From the sequence record NC_050154.1: a stretch of DNA of 64,000 nucleotides; one strand, written 5' to 3'. This DNA is from Escherichia phage D6. A program made the translations under genes and the position numbers. This document shows, one piece after another, positions 37,657 through 46,862 of this stretch; within the stretch, counting starts at the first letter, position 1; each line of letters begins with the position of its first letter. Below the pieces are notes generated by a model. It was not told where the DNA came from. It saw only the letters and a program-made list of their open reading frames with translations, and searched no databases.

Positions 37657-38633
37657 TTGTTCGGCACTCCCAATATCATTCGTGTTGTGTAGCCTACGCG
37701 GTCTTCAAAGTGCGCAACATTTTTTACTATCAGCTTACGGGGCATTGATTCATCAATGCGGTTTTCCTGGTCATAGCGGTATACGATAATCTCTATCACC
37801 ATCCCCGGTTTTATATCAGGATTGCCTGCGACTTCTATATCCATTTTGGGGACGAGAGACAGCTGCATATTGCGAAGAGTTTCCATATCAGAGTCGGATA
37901 TATAACGCACTGGGAGTGAGCTATCGCCATATTCGACGTAGCCATCGGTCATGGAATACCCAACAAAACGATATTGATTCTTTGCTGTTGTCGCATGTTC
38001 CTGTTGGAGTAGGCGCATTTTGGACAAAGTGTATTCTGCTTTAGGGTTATTCCCCTCGTAGGTAAATGATGGCGTTTGCTTCATCAGATCAGCCAGGGTG
38101 TAAAAGTTAAATTCCCCCCGGCATACCCAACATAATGCACCTTTGTCTCGCGCTATCTCCGAAAGCATTTTTGACGGTTTGTCACCGGCATTCAGATGAT
38201 ATGTAACTGCGCGTTTTAGCACGCTGCTGGTAATTTTAAGCTTGCCGGAATATGCCTTGAATATAGCGTCTGGTGTTTTGTTGGTATGTAAATTTGTGCG
38301 CGGGGAGGGGATCTTAAACCTGCGCACGTCTTCACTGACAGCAATAACGGTAACAACATCACCAGCCAGCATTGCAGACGTAACAAAGAAATCTGTTTTA
38401 AAAGTGCCTGCATTACCGTTTGGATCGCCCATTTCAGCCACCAGCGATGCACCGTATTTGGCTTTCCAGTCATCAATTACGGTGCCGGTAGCGTCATGAA
38501 TTTCCAGTTTTAGCAAAGGGGCTTTGAGGCTGGTTTTTTCTACATATACTGCGGTAAAAATCCAGTCTCGTGGCACTTTGTTATCGTTAATGAGCACTGA
38601 CTGTAGAAAATATTGTTGTAACTCCTGGGCCAC
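37653..38633 (-). CDS. hypothetical protein
   Basis: 326-aa ORF coupled to neighbours. Confidence 0.5.
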   Translation of the reverse strand: MAQELQQYFLQSVLINDNKVPRDWIFTAVYVEKTSLKAPLLKLEIHDATGTVIDDWKAKYGASLVAEMGDPNGNAGTFKTDFFVTSAMLAGDVVTVIAVSEDVRRFKIPSPRTNLHTNKTPDAIFKAYSGKLKITSSVLKRAVTYHLNAGDKPSKMLSEIARDKGALCWVCRGEFNFYTLADLMKQTPSFTYEGNNPKAEYTLSKMRLLQQEHATTAKNQYRFVGYSMTDGYVEYGDSSLPVRYISDSDMETLRNMQLSLVPKMDIEVAGNPDIKPGMVIEIIVYRYDQENRIDESMPRKLIVKNVAHFEDRVGYTTRMILGVPNK

Positions 38634-38636
38634 TTA

Positions 38637-39404
38637 TCACCCCATAGATATCGAGGTTTCGGTAATAATACGTTTTGCGTCCAACTCCCATGCTGTGATC
38701 ACGTCTGCAATCACACTTATCGGCGCTTGTGTGGCATAAATACGCTCTTCTCCAATTGGTGCTGAAACATCCGTAAAGCCGACTTCTTTGGCATCCTGTA
38801 TCGAGCAAATCAGCGGGACCGGGACACGAACAAGGTGAGTGGTTGCTTCAAATTGTGTACCTGTCATCAGGCGAAGCCGTGCGCCCAGCGAATTACACAT
38901 CAGACTCATGGTCGCTTTATCAGTTGCCATTAACGTAACGTCATACGTCAGAATAGCCTGGGTGTATTCCAGTTCTGCTAAAGGCATTCCGGTATCCGGT
39001 TCGCAAAAACTGGCTACTTTTTTGCGGTCAATCTGCTGATCATCGTTGATATAATTGATATCCATAGTGCGTGAGATATTGACCAGGGGGAGAGCATCCC
39101 GGTTAATGTTCTGGTTTTCAGGTTTTCTCCCTTGCCCGGCATTTGCGCGACGAACTGCTTTAAGAAACTCGATCGCATTGTCGAAACGGGCCACATAAAC
39201 ACGCTCTGCTGGTGGACGATTCAGGAATGACGCAAAGCGTTTTTCTTCCGGCGCGGGGGCCACCAGTAAGATATCAGAAAAAATGTTGCTGATTAGCGTC
39301 GCAAACGCGTTATCCACGTTTTCAAAGCCCGTGGTCTGGAATTTTCCTGTGCGTGAGGTTTGCCATTCACCTGTTCGCGCCAGGAGGGTTTTATTTGAAG
39401 TCAT
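38637..39404 (-). CDS. hypothetical protein
   Basis: 255-aa ORF. Confidence 0.5.
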   Translation of the reverse strand: MTSNKTLLARTGEWQTSRTGKFQTTGFENVDNAFATLISNIFSDILLVAPAPEEKRFASFLNRPPAERVYVARFDNAIEFLKAVRRANAGQGRKPENQNINRDALPLVNISRTMDINYINDDQQIDRKKVASFCEPDTGMPLAELEYTQAILTYDVTLMATDKATMSLMCNSLGARLRLMTGTQFEATTHLVRVPVPLICSIQDAKEVGFTDVSAPIGEERIYATQAPISVIADVITAWELDAKRIITETSISMG

Positions 39405-40204
39405 TCGATCACTCCGTTTTGAGTCGTATCAAAATTCCTGGCAGGTATGCAGTAGTAAAGCGAACCAACATGCTGTGTGCCGTAGCTAAAAATACGGTGC
39501 ACGTACCACCAGCGGCGCGCTACGCCGTTTACCATCTCTTCATTCCATTCAAGAATTGAGCCGACGGGGACGTTATTTGCTGCAATACGCAGAATCAGAA
39601 CATCATCGGTTAAGCCATCCTGCTCACCGTCTGCGTCAATCGCATGGAAAGAGTCACGCCCGTCAGGGTTATCCAGCACATAAACGATTTCAGGTTCCTG
39701 GTAAGTCAGTTCGCGTTGGTTGTTATCCAGTTCAGTGAATGACTCTTCTCCTGTTTCGTCGCTGACTACCCCATATGTGCCAACATCTGGTCGATATAAG
39801 AGAGCCTGAAACGCGTCTGGGCTGGATTCAATAATCAGCATCCAGTCTGCGCGGATTTGGTCGTTAAAGGCTTTATGCCCGTTATAGCGTGCTTTTAGCT
39901 GTGGAGTTGATTCTCTGCCAGCCAGGGAAGGTGGAAGTATGGCTATATCTGATTCGCCAGCATCCGGAGTAAGGCCACCGTTGCTATCAGCAAAATTATC
40001 ATGGCTATCAGCTTTGGCGGCGGGTTGCTCTTCCAGAATGCTGAATGAATCCGAACCGGTATTGCCATGTTCCGGCGCGCCTCCTGCATTCACTTCAATC
40101 GGCGCTGGCGTTTCTCTCTGCGTGCTGTCATGTTCTGACTCCTTACTTGCCAGGTTTGCATCGTCAGCAAACCATTCGTCAAAACGGCCCATAAGCATCC
40201 TCAA
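39401..40204 (-). CDS. hypothetical acidic protein
   Basis: 267-aa ORF; an AAATCACAA-type box lies ~40 bp upstream (40242..40257). Confidence 0.5.
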   Translation of the reverse strand: MRMLMGRFDEWFADDANLASKESEHDSTQRETPAPIEVNAGGAPEHGNTGSDSFSILEEQPAAKADSHDNFADSNGGLTPDAGESDIAILPPSLAGRESTPQLKARYNGHKAFNDQIRADWMLIIESSPDAFQALLYRPDVGTYGVVSDETGEESFTELDNNQRELTYQEPEIVYVLDNPDGRDSFHAIDADGEQDGLTDDVLILRIAANNVPVGSILEWNEEMVNGVARRWWYVHRIFSYGTQHVGSLYYCIPARNFDTTQNGVIE

Positions 40205-40354
40205 AGGTCGATCTGTCAGGTATCGAAAGGAAGATTTTCGGGAGATTGTGATTTTGGATGAAGGAGGGGGAATTCATAAAATGCACTTGCGCACAGTGCA
40301 ACGGTGCGCTATAGTTATGGCATTCGGTAATCATCACGGAGGATCAAATGACTA

Positions 40355-40657
40355 ATGACCAAAAAAATTAACATAAAGGATTTCAGGGATGCGTGGCTTG
40401 ATGATTTTTTTGAATTTTCAACACCACATAGAAAGATACCTCCTGATATTCATATGACATTGTCACGGAAGTTGGACATTATCAATGCCGCAACTACCTG
40501 TAAGGATTTAAGATCACCACCAGGTAATCGGTATGAGGAACTGTCAGGGAAGCTAAATGGCTATTCATCAGTAAGGGTGAATAAGCAATATAGGTTAATT
40601 TTTAAGTGGGTTAACGGAAAGGCCGAGGACTTGTATCTCGACCCTCACAAATACTAA
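40355..40657 (+). CDS. higB: HigB-type toxin (RelE/ParE superfamily, plasmid killer)
   Basis: 100 aa, C-terminal YRLIFKWVNGKAEDLYLDPHKY; toxin-first order with an HTH partner. Confidence 0.75.
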   Translation: MTKKINIKDFRDAWLDDFFEFSTPHRKIPPDIHMTLSRKLDIINAATTCKDLRSPPGNRYEELSGKLNGYSSVRVNKQYRLIFKWVNGKAEDLYLDPHKY

Positions 40658-40727
40658 AACAGATACCCGGTTACGGACCGGGTTCTGACCAGAGTCCACT
40701 TAATACGCACGCTAGTAAGGGCAAAAA

Positions 40728-41066
40728 ATGAAACAGGCAACCAGAAAACCGACGACCGTAGGTGATATCCTGCTGTACGAATACCTGGAGCCGTTAGAGC
40801 TGAAGATCAACGAGTTAGCAGAAATACTTCATGTTCATCGTAACACCGTAAGTGCTCTTGTTAATAATAATCGTAAGCTAACGATGGATATGGCATATCG
40901 CCTGGCAAAAGCATTCGATACTTCTGTAGATTTTTGGATTAATCTTCAGACCGCAGTAGATCTGTGGGAAGTCGAAAATGATATGCGCGTTCAGGAAGAG
41001 TTAAGTCGTATCAATACTGCTGAAAAATTTATTTCTCAGCGTAACCTGAATAAAAAAGCAGCCTGA
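40728..41066 (+). CDS. higA: HigA antitoxin (XRE HTH)
   Basis: GDILLYEYLEPLELKINELAEILHVHRNTVSALVNNNRKLTMDMAYRLAKAFDTSVDFWINLQ. Confidence 0.8.
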   Translation: MKQATRKPTTVGDILLYEYLEPLELKINELAEILHVHRNTVSALVNNNRKLTMDMAYRLAKAFDTSVDFWINLQTAVDLWEVENDMRVQEELSRINTAEKFISQRNLNKKAA

Positions 41067-41085
41067 TATAGTAAAACACATACAA

Positions 41086-41110
41086 AAAGCCCACTTAGCA
41101 AGTGGGCTTT
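41086..41110 (+). terminator. intrinsic terminator after higA
   Basis: AAAGCCCACTTAGCAAGTGGGCTTT. Confidence 0.7.
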
Positions 41111-41122
41111 CCTTTGTAATTA

Positions 41123-41482
41123 ATGAACATTAAACCTATCCGTACAGAACAAGATTATGAGGCCGCACTGCGTGCGGTCGAACCGATGTTCGATAACGAA
41201 CCGGAAATGAATACTCCGGAAGGTGATTTCTTTGAGGTTATGAGTCTTCTCATTGAGGAGTACGAGAAGAAACATTACCCAATTGAGCCACCATCACCTA
41301 TTGAGGCCATTAAATTCCGTATGGAACAGCAAGGGCTGACCGTGAAGGATCTGGAACCGGCGATTGGTAAGTCAAATCGTGTTTACGAAGTGCTAAATGG
41401 GACACGAAATTTGACGTTACCTATGATTCGCCGTTTACATTCCCAGTTTGGCATTCCTCTTGAAAGCTTGGTTGGTATTTGA
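41123..41482 (+). CDS. second HigA-like antitoxin-type HTH protein, no adjacent toxin
   Basis: 119 aa; C-terminal HTH IGKSNRVYEVLNGTRNLTLPMIRRLHSQFGIPLESL resembling E. coli HigA-type antitoxins. Confidence 0.65.
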   Translation: MNIKPIRTEQDYEAALRAVEPMFDNEPEMNTPEGDFFEVMSLLIEEYEKKHYPIEPPSPIEAIKFRMEQQGLTVKDLEPAIGKSNRVYEVLNGTRNLTLPMIRRLHSQFGIPLESLVGI

Positions 41483-41544
41483 GTTTGGCGGTCTGGATGA
41501 CCGCTATTTTCATAAAATAGATATTAGAAATCACGGTAGTTTAT

Positions 41545-42273
41545 ATGAATACAGATTCATCAACAGAAAAATTGACTGAAAATGATCTAATCAAAGTATC
41601 TTTTGGAGATGCCATAAAAGACAAGCTTTTTAATAAAGTGTTTGCATATATATTAATTTCTTTTCTAATTATTAATTGGAAAGATATACTAATATTGATG
41701 AAGTCAAAGGATGATATCCTATATACTTTATCTGTAACATTTGTTGGAGGTAAGATTCCTCTAGTTTATGAAGGCGTTTTGTCTCCTTGGCTTTATCATT
41801 TTTGCTTGCCATTTATTTTTGGAATTATTGCATCAATTGCAGCTCCGATTGTCACTCTTTGCGTATCAAAGCTAACAAGTAAAATATATACAGAGATAAG
41901 GTATTTGGATGCCGACATGGATCAAAATAAAAGAAAGGCGTTGCAAATAAAAGAGACTGAAATAATAAAAAGTATTAATGATACACAATTCAACAAAAGA
42001 ATTATGGATGAAAATAAAAATGAACTTGAGAGATTGCTTAGGCAGCAAAAAGAGATTATGGCGGCAATAAAGTTATTATATGATGATGTTGGAGTTATCA
42101 TTGAGCTTTTTAAAAGTAGAGGGGTTGGTATTGACTCCCCAGAAAAGTTATATGATTTTGTAATGGCAATAAAGAAGACTTCGCTTTATAATGGCGATCA
42201 TGATTTTAATAAATTGGTTGCTGATATTTCAAATTTATTTGATAAAACGGAAATTGATTTTTCAAAAAGATGA
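41545..42273 (+). CDS. AT-rich hypothetical membrane protein (2 TM segments plus coiled-coil C-terminus)
   Basis: 242 aa, visibly lower GC than flanks; 62 bp after the orphan HigA-like gene. Confidence 0.65.
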   Translation: MNTDSSTEKLTENDLIKVSFGDAIKDKLFNKVFAYILISFLIINWKDILILMKSKDDILYTLSVTFVGGKIPLVYEGVLSPWLYHFCLPFIFGIIASIAAPIVTLCVSKLTSKIYTEIRYLDADMDQNKRKALQIKETEIIKSINDTQFNKRIMDENKNELERLLRQQKEIMAAIKLLYDDVGVIIELFKSRGVGIDSPEKLYDFVMAIKKTSLYNGDHDFNKLVADISNLFDKTEIDFSKR

Positions 42274-42274
42274 A

Positions 42275-42297
42275 AGCCTAGCCTAGGCAGCTAGGCT
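42275..42297. terminator. hairpin between convergent genes
   Basis: AGCCTAGC...GCTAGGCT palindrome. Confidence 0.5.
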
Positions 42298-42306
42298 ATG
42301 TGTAGT

Positions 42307-43500
42307 TTATGCTTTTTTTACATACTCCATGAACATTTTTTCAGCTTGTGCTGGTGGTGTTCCAGCCATGACAAGCGCATCAATGAACGCCTGCTTCTTC
42401 AGTGCGAACTGATCGGCAAGGCGTTGCTGAAGCTCCTTGTTTTTCTGTTTCTCACGTTGCAAGGCCGCTTCTTTTGCTGCCGCCCGTTTTTTCTGTGCAT
42501 CTGACAACTTTCTGGCCTTGGTCAATTGGTCACGTAGTTTGTCGATCTTGCCGTTGTCCTTTGCCAGTTTTGTACTTAAAGCTGCCTGGCGCTTCTGATA
42601 GAGCCTCCATTCGCGTTTGGCGGCTTCAACGTTCGTTTTACTGCTACGATTGCGATTAAACTCCTTCTCGTCTTCTTTTGAGAAGTGTTTGGTTGTACGG
42701 CGGCGATCGTCACCAAATGCAATTTGCGTTGCAGCCTTTTGTAGCGCACGAGCAATACTCATTTGCCAACTGGCGGACTGTAACCGCGTCATTGAGTGGA
42801 TCACGTGTTTACAGGCGACGCCTTGCAGCTTCGGGTTGCGAACTTTTGGATAGGCGTATTCTTTTGGCGGTGCCAGGGCAAAGTTACCCGCAGTGGCGAT
42901 GTAACGATACCAGTATTGATGACGACCACAGTCACAATCGAAAGACACTCGCCCGGCGCACAGTGATTTAGTGATTTTGAGAGCTGATTTATCGTCTTCT
43001 GCGATGTCATCAACCATCTGATCCCATTCTTCAAAGCGTATCCGGACGATATGGTGCTGGTGGACGGATATATCCGATGCTTCTACGCGGATATTAATCA
43101 CATTGTGGCGAAGAGATACGGGTGTAGCTCTTTTGATACCAGATCCGTCATCCACGGCGTTATTTGCACGCTTAATATCGATTGCCTGGCTGGATGCCAC
43201 CAGCTGGGCGTATGTGATGCCAGCCGTCTTGCTGTCATATTTTTCGCGCGTTTTACTCCGTAGCTTTTCGAAACCTTTCAGGTCGTCTCGCGTGAAGAAC
43301 GTGCCGCCTTTTTTCTTCCCTAACTTGAGAATATCTTCGGCGGATTTGTTCCTCAGTCTACTTGGCGTCAGCGTCCGGTGAGCTTGTCGGCGCTTACGGG
43401 TTTGTTCTTTCCTGATAAGCTCGAATAAACGCGTGAAGTCCTTAGAGGACAGGCCGTCAGTGATATAGCGCCCGTCCTGGTTTTTCAGGAAATCAGGCAT
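42307..43500 (-). CDS. hypothetical protein with SWIM-type zinc finger and Lys/Arg-rich coiled coil
   Basis: 397 aa; CDCGRHQ...GVACKHV (CxC...CxH). Confidence 0.55.
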   Translation of the reverse strand: MPDFLKNQDGRYITDGLSSKDFTRLFELIRKEQTRKRRQAHRTLTPSRLRNKSAEDILKLGKKKGGTFFTRDDLKGFEKLRSKTREKYDSKTAGITYAQLVASSQAIDIKRANNAVDDGSGIKRATPVSLRHNVINIRVEASDISVHQHHIVRIRFEEWDQMVDDIAEDDKSALKITKSLCAGRVSFDCDCGRHQYWYRYIATAGNFALAPPKEYAYPKVRNPKLQGVACKHVIHSMTRLQSASWQMSIARALQKAATQIAFGDDRRRTTKHFSKEDEKEFNRNRSSKTNVEAAKREWRLYQKRQAALSTKLAKDNGKIDKLRDQLTKARKLSDAQKKRAAAKEAALQREKQKNKELQQRLADQFALKKQAFIDALVMAGTPPAQAEKMFMEYVKKA

Positions 43501-43822
43501 TTTCTATCTCCGGTTCCGCGCTCGCGTAATCACGGATCTTGTTCCTCAGCCATGCCACATCAGGAAGAGTTAACGTGGTCCCGGCGGGCATTTCTTCCAT
43601 TTCTGACTCATGGCCCACCAGCACCCGGAATACCCAGCGCAAATCTGCATTGCCATACGCCCTGTAGGCTGCAAGGTCTGAACGATATACTTCATCAATC
43701 TTTATCGTGTACTGGAAATTATCAGAGTGATACTCCGATACCCGCTTAATCATTTCCTGGTGAAACAGCGCACGAAAAATATCGTCTTCAATGTACCTAT
43801 CGTCGAGTCTGCTATAGCCCAT
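43493..43822 (-). CDS. hypothetical protein
   Basis: 109-aa ORF coupled to the downstream gene. Confidence 0.5.
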   Translation of the reverse strand: MGYSRLDDRYIEDDIFRALFHQEMIKRVSEYHSDNFQYTIKIDEVYRSDLAAYRAYGNADLRWVFRVLVGHESEMEEMPAGTTLTLPDVAWLRNKIRDYASAEPEIENA

Positions 43823-44015
43823 AACAAAGCCTCTCAGTCATAACCTGGGGGAAACTGTATGCAGGGTGTGAAATGCGAGAAACAGACAGGCCACCAGTTC
43901 AGGGGGATGTGGTTCATAAATCCCCTCACTGGTGACAAGTGACTTTCATTAATCTTTATGCGTGGGCCAGCTTCATTTGCTGGCATTAGATTAAAAATTA
44001 AACGGAGTGAATGAC

Positions 44016-44150
44016 ATGGATGTTATCTTCGAATTATTAATGCTAATTGATCTGTTTATGAACGCTTCATTGACCACGCAAATACTGGCGTCAATATTTT
44101 TGTTACTCTTCTACCTGGTATTGAGGGAGTTAACAAAGCTACTAATGTGA
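44016..44150 (+). CDS. small hydrophobic peptide (44 aa)
   Basis: Own translation MDVIFELLMLIDLFMNASLTTQILASIFLLLFYLVLRELTKLLM with GGAG RBS; not in ORF track. Confidence 0.35.
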   Translation: MDVIFELLMLIDLFMNASLTTQILASIFLLLFYLVLRELTKLLM

Positions 44151-44804
44151 TCAAAGTATCACGGTATCTTCATCAACTTCTTTCCCAGCCAGTGACTTTG
44201 GCTGGGAGGTGCCTGCTTTAACTTTTTCATGCCCAATAATGGAAAGGAACGAAGCGAGTATGCCTGTTTTTTGCTCTTTCTCGACTGTACCGATCATCTG
44301 CTCTACGTAATCCGCACTGGCAACGTTGTGGTATACGGTCGCGTAGCAACACAGGATCATCAGAATATGCTCCGGCCTGATATCCTGCCAGTTCACCCTG
44401 TAGACTTCTTCTCCGTTACCGTTGTATTCGGTATCAACGATAGAGTCGGGGATTTCGAAAGCACCTTTGTTATTTTGCGGCAGGGATAATAGTTTCTGGA
44501 GTTTTAACTCTCTGTATCTTTCCATCCCGACGATGATTGCTGCTCTACCATCGGCATGACGGGTCTTGAGAGTCACCTGGCTTGCTCCGGTGCCAGCGGA
44601 GATCGTTGGCGTAATTTCGTCTACTAGAACCTTGAATTTGCTTTTCCGCAGGGCTGCTATAGCTGGAGGAATTTTTTGCTTTTGCTCCAATGCTGACGCA
44701 GGAAGGGGTTTTACTTCGTTAATAATGAGAGCACCGTCTTTCAGTATTGCAGTGAGCATTTGAGGCTTGCTGGTGGTCAGGCTGAATATTGCGATCTTTT
44801 CCAT
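44151..44804 (-). CDS. hypothetical protein
   Basis: Start moved to MEKIAIF with GGAGGAAGG RBS. Confidence 0.55.
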   Translation of the reverse strand: MEKIAIFSLTTSKPQMLTAILKDGALIINEVKPLPASALEQKQKIPPAIAALRKSKFKVLVDEITPTISAGTGASQVTLKTRHADGRAAIIVGMERYRELKLQKLLSLPQNNKGAFEIPDSIVDTEYNGNGEEVYRVNWQDIRPEHILMILCCYATVYHNVASADYVEQMIGTVEKEQKTGILASFLSIIGHEKVKAGTSQPKSLAGKEVDEDTVIL

Positions 44805-44822
44805 TGTCCTTCCTCCACGGAT

Positions 44823-44856
44823 GACGGATACAAAAAAAGGCCGCACATGGCGGCCT
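44823..44856 (-). terminator. intrinsic-terminator-like hairpin in the 5' leader of the 44804 gene
   Basis: Minus strand: AGGCCGCCATGTGCGGCCT followed by TTTTTTT, between the late box and the RBS. Confidence 0.5.
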
Positions 44857-44948
44857 GCTTTGGCGTTATGACTCCCTACCGCGCTTCGGCTGAAAGTTAA
44901 TCGTCAAAAGAACCTTCAACGGGAGCCGTTAGCGCGATGGATTATGTG

Positions 44949-44963
44949 CAGTTTGTGATTTCC
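44949..44963 (-). promoter_or_regulatory. candidate late-promoter box (GGAAATCACAAACTG on minus strand)
   Basis: Identical 15-mer to the one at 10964; followed by CATAAT. Confidence 0.5.
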
Positions 44964-45149
44964 AAAATAGTGTCAACCACTTTTTGTGGATTTTATTTTT
45001 TGACAGAAATTTGGCCTAAATCATGTTGATTTGGCTGATTATTTTTATAACATAAAAGTCATTTTGATTGCATGAAGGACGGTGCAGTGAAGTTAATGGT
45101 TTTAGGGACCGCGCTCGCGGCTAAGATGGTAAGGTATGGAGTTAATGAA

Positions 45150-45983
45150 ATGTTTTTTATAAAAAATGGAAAAAGATTTTCCTCAACAATACTAGCTACT
45201 GTTGTTGCTCTTTTTGTTCCCACACTCACCTTTGCTTATGATTTTAGCAAAATTGACTGCAATTCCCCTAAAACTAGGCAGATGTTAATCGATGATTATA
45301 ATGAACTGCTGAAGGACGAGCAGGAAGCAATCTCTGTAATTGATGCTTATAATCAGATCAATGAGATAAGAGAAAACAATAAGCTCCAATGCCTGGGAAC
45401 GTATGAATTCTCAGATGGAAGTGCGCTTAGGGTTAGATATAAGTTATATTTAAATAGCCTCGGCACACCCATATATGAATTTGCTCCAGTTGAGGAATTA
45501 ACGCAAGATGATGTAAGCGCATCTATTCATAATTCCCCTGCAACTCCTGCAAGCATGGCTGGACATGATAAAAAAAATAATGGTGAAACGTATGCCTGTA
45601 AGGTGGCTGTAACTTACAAGGGGGAGCGTTCTAACTATATGGGGGATTCCGGAACATGGGATCGTGTGATTACTGACTATGGCACTTATTTTTCATGGGA
45701 TTTGCCACGCGGAAACCGAGGCAACAGCACAGGTCAGGATGCTTTTAGTGGCATGGACGAATCAAAGCCTGTATTAGAAAATCAGCTAGTGAGAAAGGAA
45801 ACTGAAAAAGATGGTAGCGTGGTTGATGAATTTAGGACTGATGTAAGTTATGGGGAAAAACAACCAGTTCATAAGTTTGTATATGCTCGTAGAATAAAAC
45901 CTACAGGCATGAGAGAGTATTATGTTACGGATTTAACAGACAAGCGGGCGTTTATGTTTCTGAATTGTCAGAGAGATTCGTGA
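45150..45983 (+). CDS. hypothetical secreted/periplasmic protein
   Basis: Signal peptide MFFIKNGKRFSSTILATVVALFVPTLTFA; moderately AT-rich; start moved to the RBS-supported ATG. Confidence 0.6.
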   Translation: MFFIKNGKRFSSTILATVVALFVPTLTFAYDFSKIDCNSPKTRQMLIDDYNELLKDEQEAISVIDAYNQINEIRENNKLQCLGTYEFSDGSALRVRYKLYLNSLGTPIYEFAPVEELTQDDVSASIHNSPATPASMAGHDKKNNGETYACKVAVTYKGERSNYMGDSGTWDRVITDYGTYFSWDLPRGNRGNSTGQDAFSGMDESKPVLENQLVRKETEKDGSVVDEFRTDVSYGEKQPVHKFVYARRIKPTGMREYYVTDLTDKRAFMFLNCQRDS

Positions 45984-46022
45984 TTGACATAGCAGGCTTA
46001 CTATTAAGCCTGCTTTTTGGCT

Positions 46023-46382
46023 TTACTCGGTAATAGTTTTGCAGTTGTTTTGATTTAATGACAATCCTAGCTTGCTAGCAGCCAACTCATTTTCTGTGTG
46101 AGAACCAGCAAAAATGAAGCCTTGTTTTATCTTATTTACGGTGAAATATTTATTATACATGAACGCCCAGATAAATGAGGCAATCCACGGGCCAATTCCG
46201 GCTGTGAGGAATGCCAGTATCAGCATCACTACAAATACCCCAATAAAAGTTATAAAGTCTTTCCTGAACAAAGCTGGAAAAGCACCAAACAAGAATGTAG
46301 TCCAGGAAAAACCATAAAAACCGGTGATTGATTCGCCAGTTTGAGGGTTTTCAAGTTTAATTTTAGTAGCCACGATTATCAT
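46023..46382 (-). CDS. small inner-membrane protein (2 TM)
   Basis: 119 aa, GFSWTTFLFGAFPALF...FIGVFVVMLILAFLTAGIGPWIASFIWAF. Confidence 0.55.
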   Translation of the reverse strand: MIIVATKIKLENPQTGESITGFYGFSWTTFLFGAFPALFRKDFITFIGVFVVMLILAFLTAGIGPWIASFIWAFMYNKYFTVNKIKQGFIFAGSHTENELAASKLGLSLNQNNCKTITE

Positions 46383-46518
46383 CCTTTTACATAAAAAACA
46401 TATAGTTATAGTGCTGTGTGAGATTCTAATGTTACTAATTTACACTTTGTAATGCAATTAAATAACTTTAGGCAGTGGAAGTAACTATTCGTGGCAGACT
46501 ATCGTTAAGATCTTTCAA

Positions 46519-46803
46519 TTATGGTTGCTGTAAGTGGAGGGGAACAGCCTGTTCTATCATCTCGCGTATCAAGCCAACTTCAAGTAGTTCCTCGTATTCC
46601 CAGTATCTGTTTGTCACCAGATCCAGGCTGGCTATGACCTTGTGCCGGTCATTCGGCATAGCCAATTTTTCTGCTATAACCATCAGTGAAAACTCTTCAT
46701 CCAGTAGAATTTGATAGCAGTTTTTTGATAGTTCCACTTCCCTTATGAGACTGAAACGTCGCTGGATTGTGGCAGCAGAGTAAGTGAAATCTATTTTCTT
46801 CAT
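46519..46803 (-). CDS. hypothetical protein
   Basis: 94-aa ORF. Confidence 0.45.
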   Translation of the reverse strand: MKKIDFTYSAATIQRRFSLIREVELSKNCYQILLDEEFSLMVIAEKLAMPNDRHKVIASLDLVTNRYWEYEELLEVGLIREMIEQAVPLHLQQP

Positions 46804-46835
46804 CGTGCGGAGAATCCGGTTATTTAGTAGTTAAA

Positions 46836-46854
46836 GCCCCGGACAGGCCGGGGC
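46836..46854. terminator. hairpin after the ant-like gene
   Basis: GCCCCGGACAGGCCGGGGC. Confidence 0.6.
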
Positions 46855-46862
46855 AACAGTAA

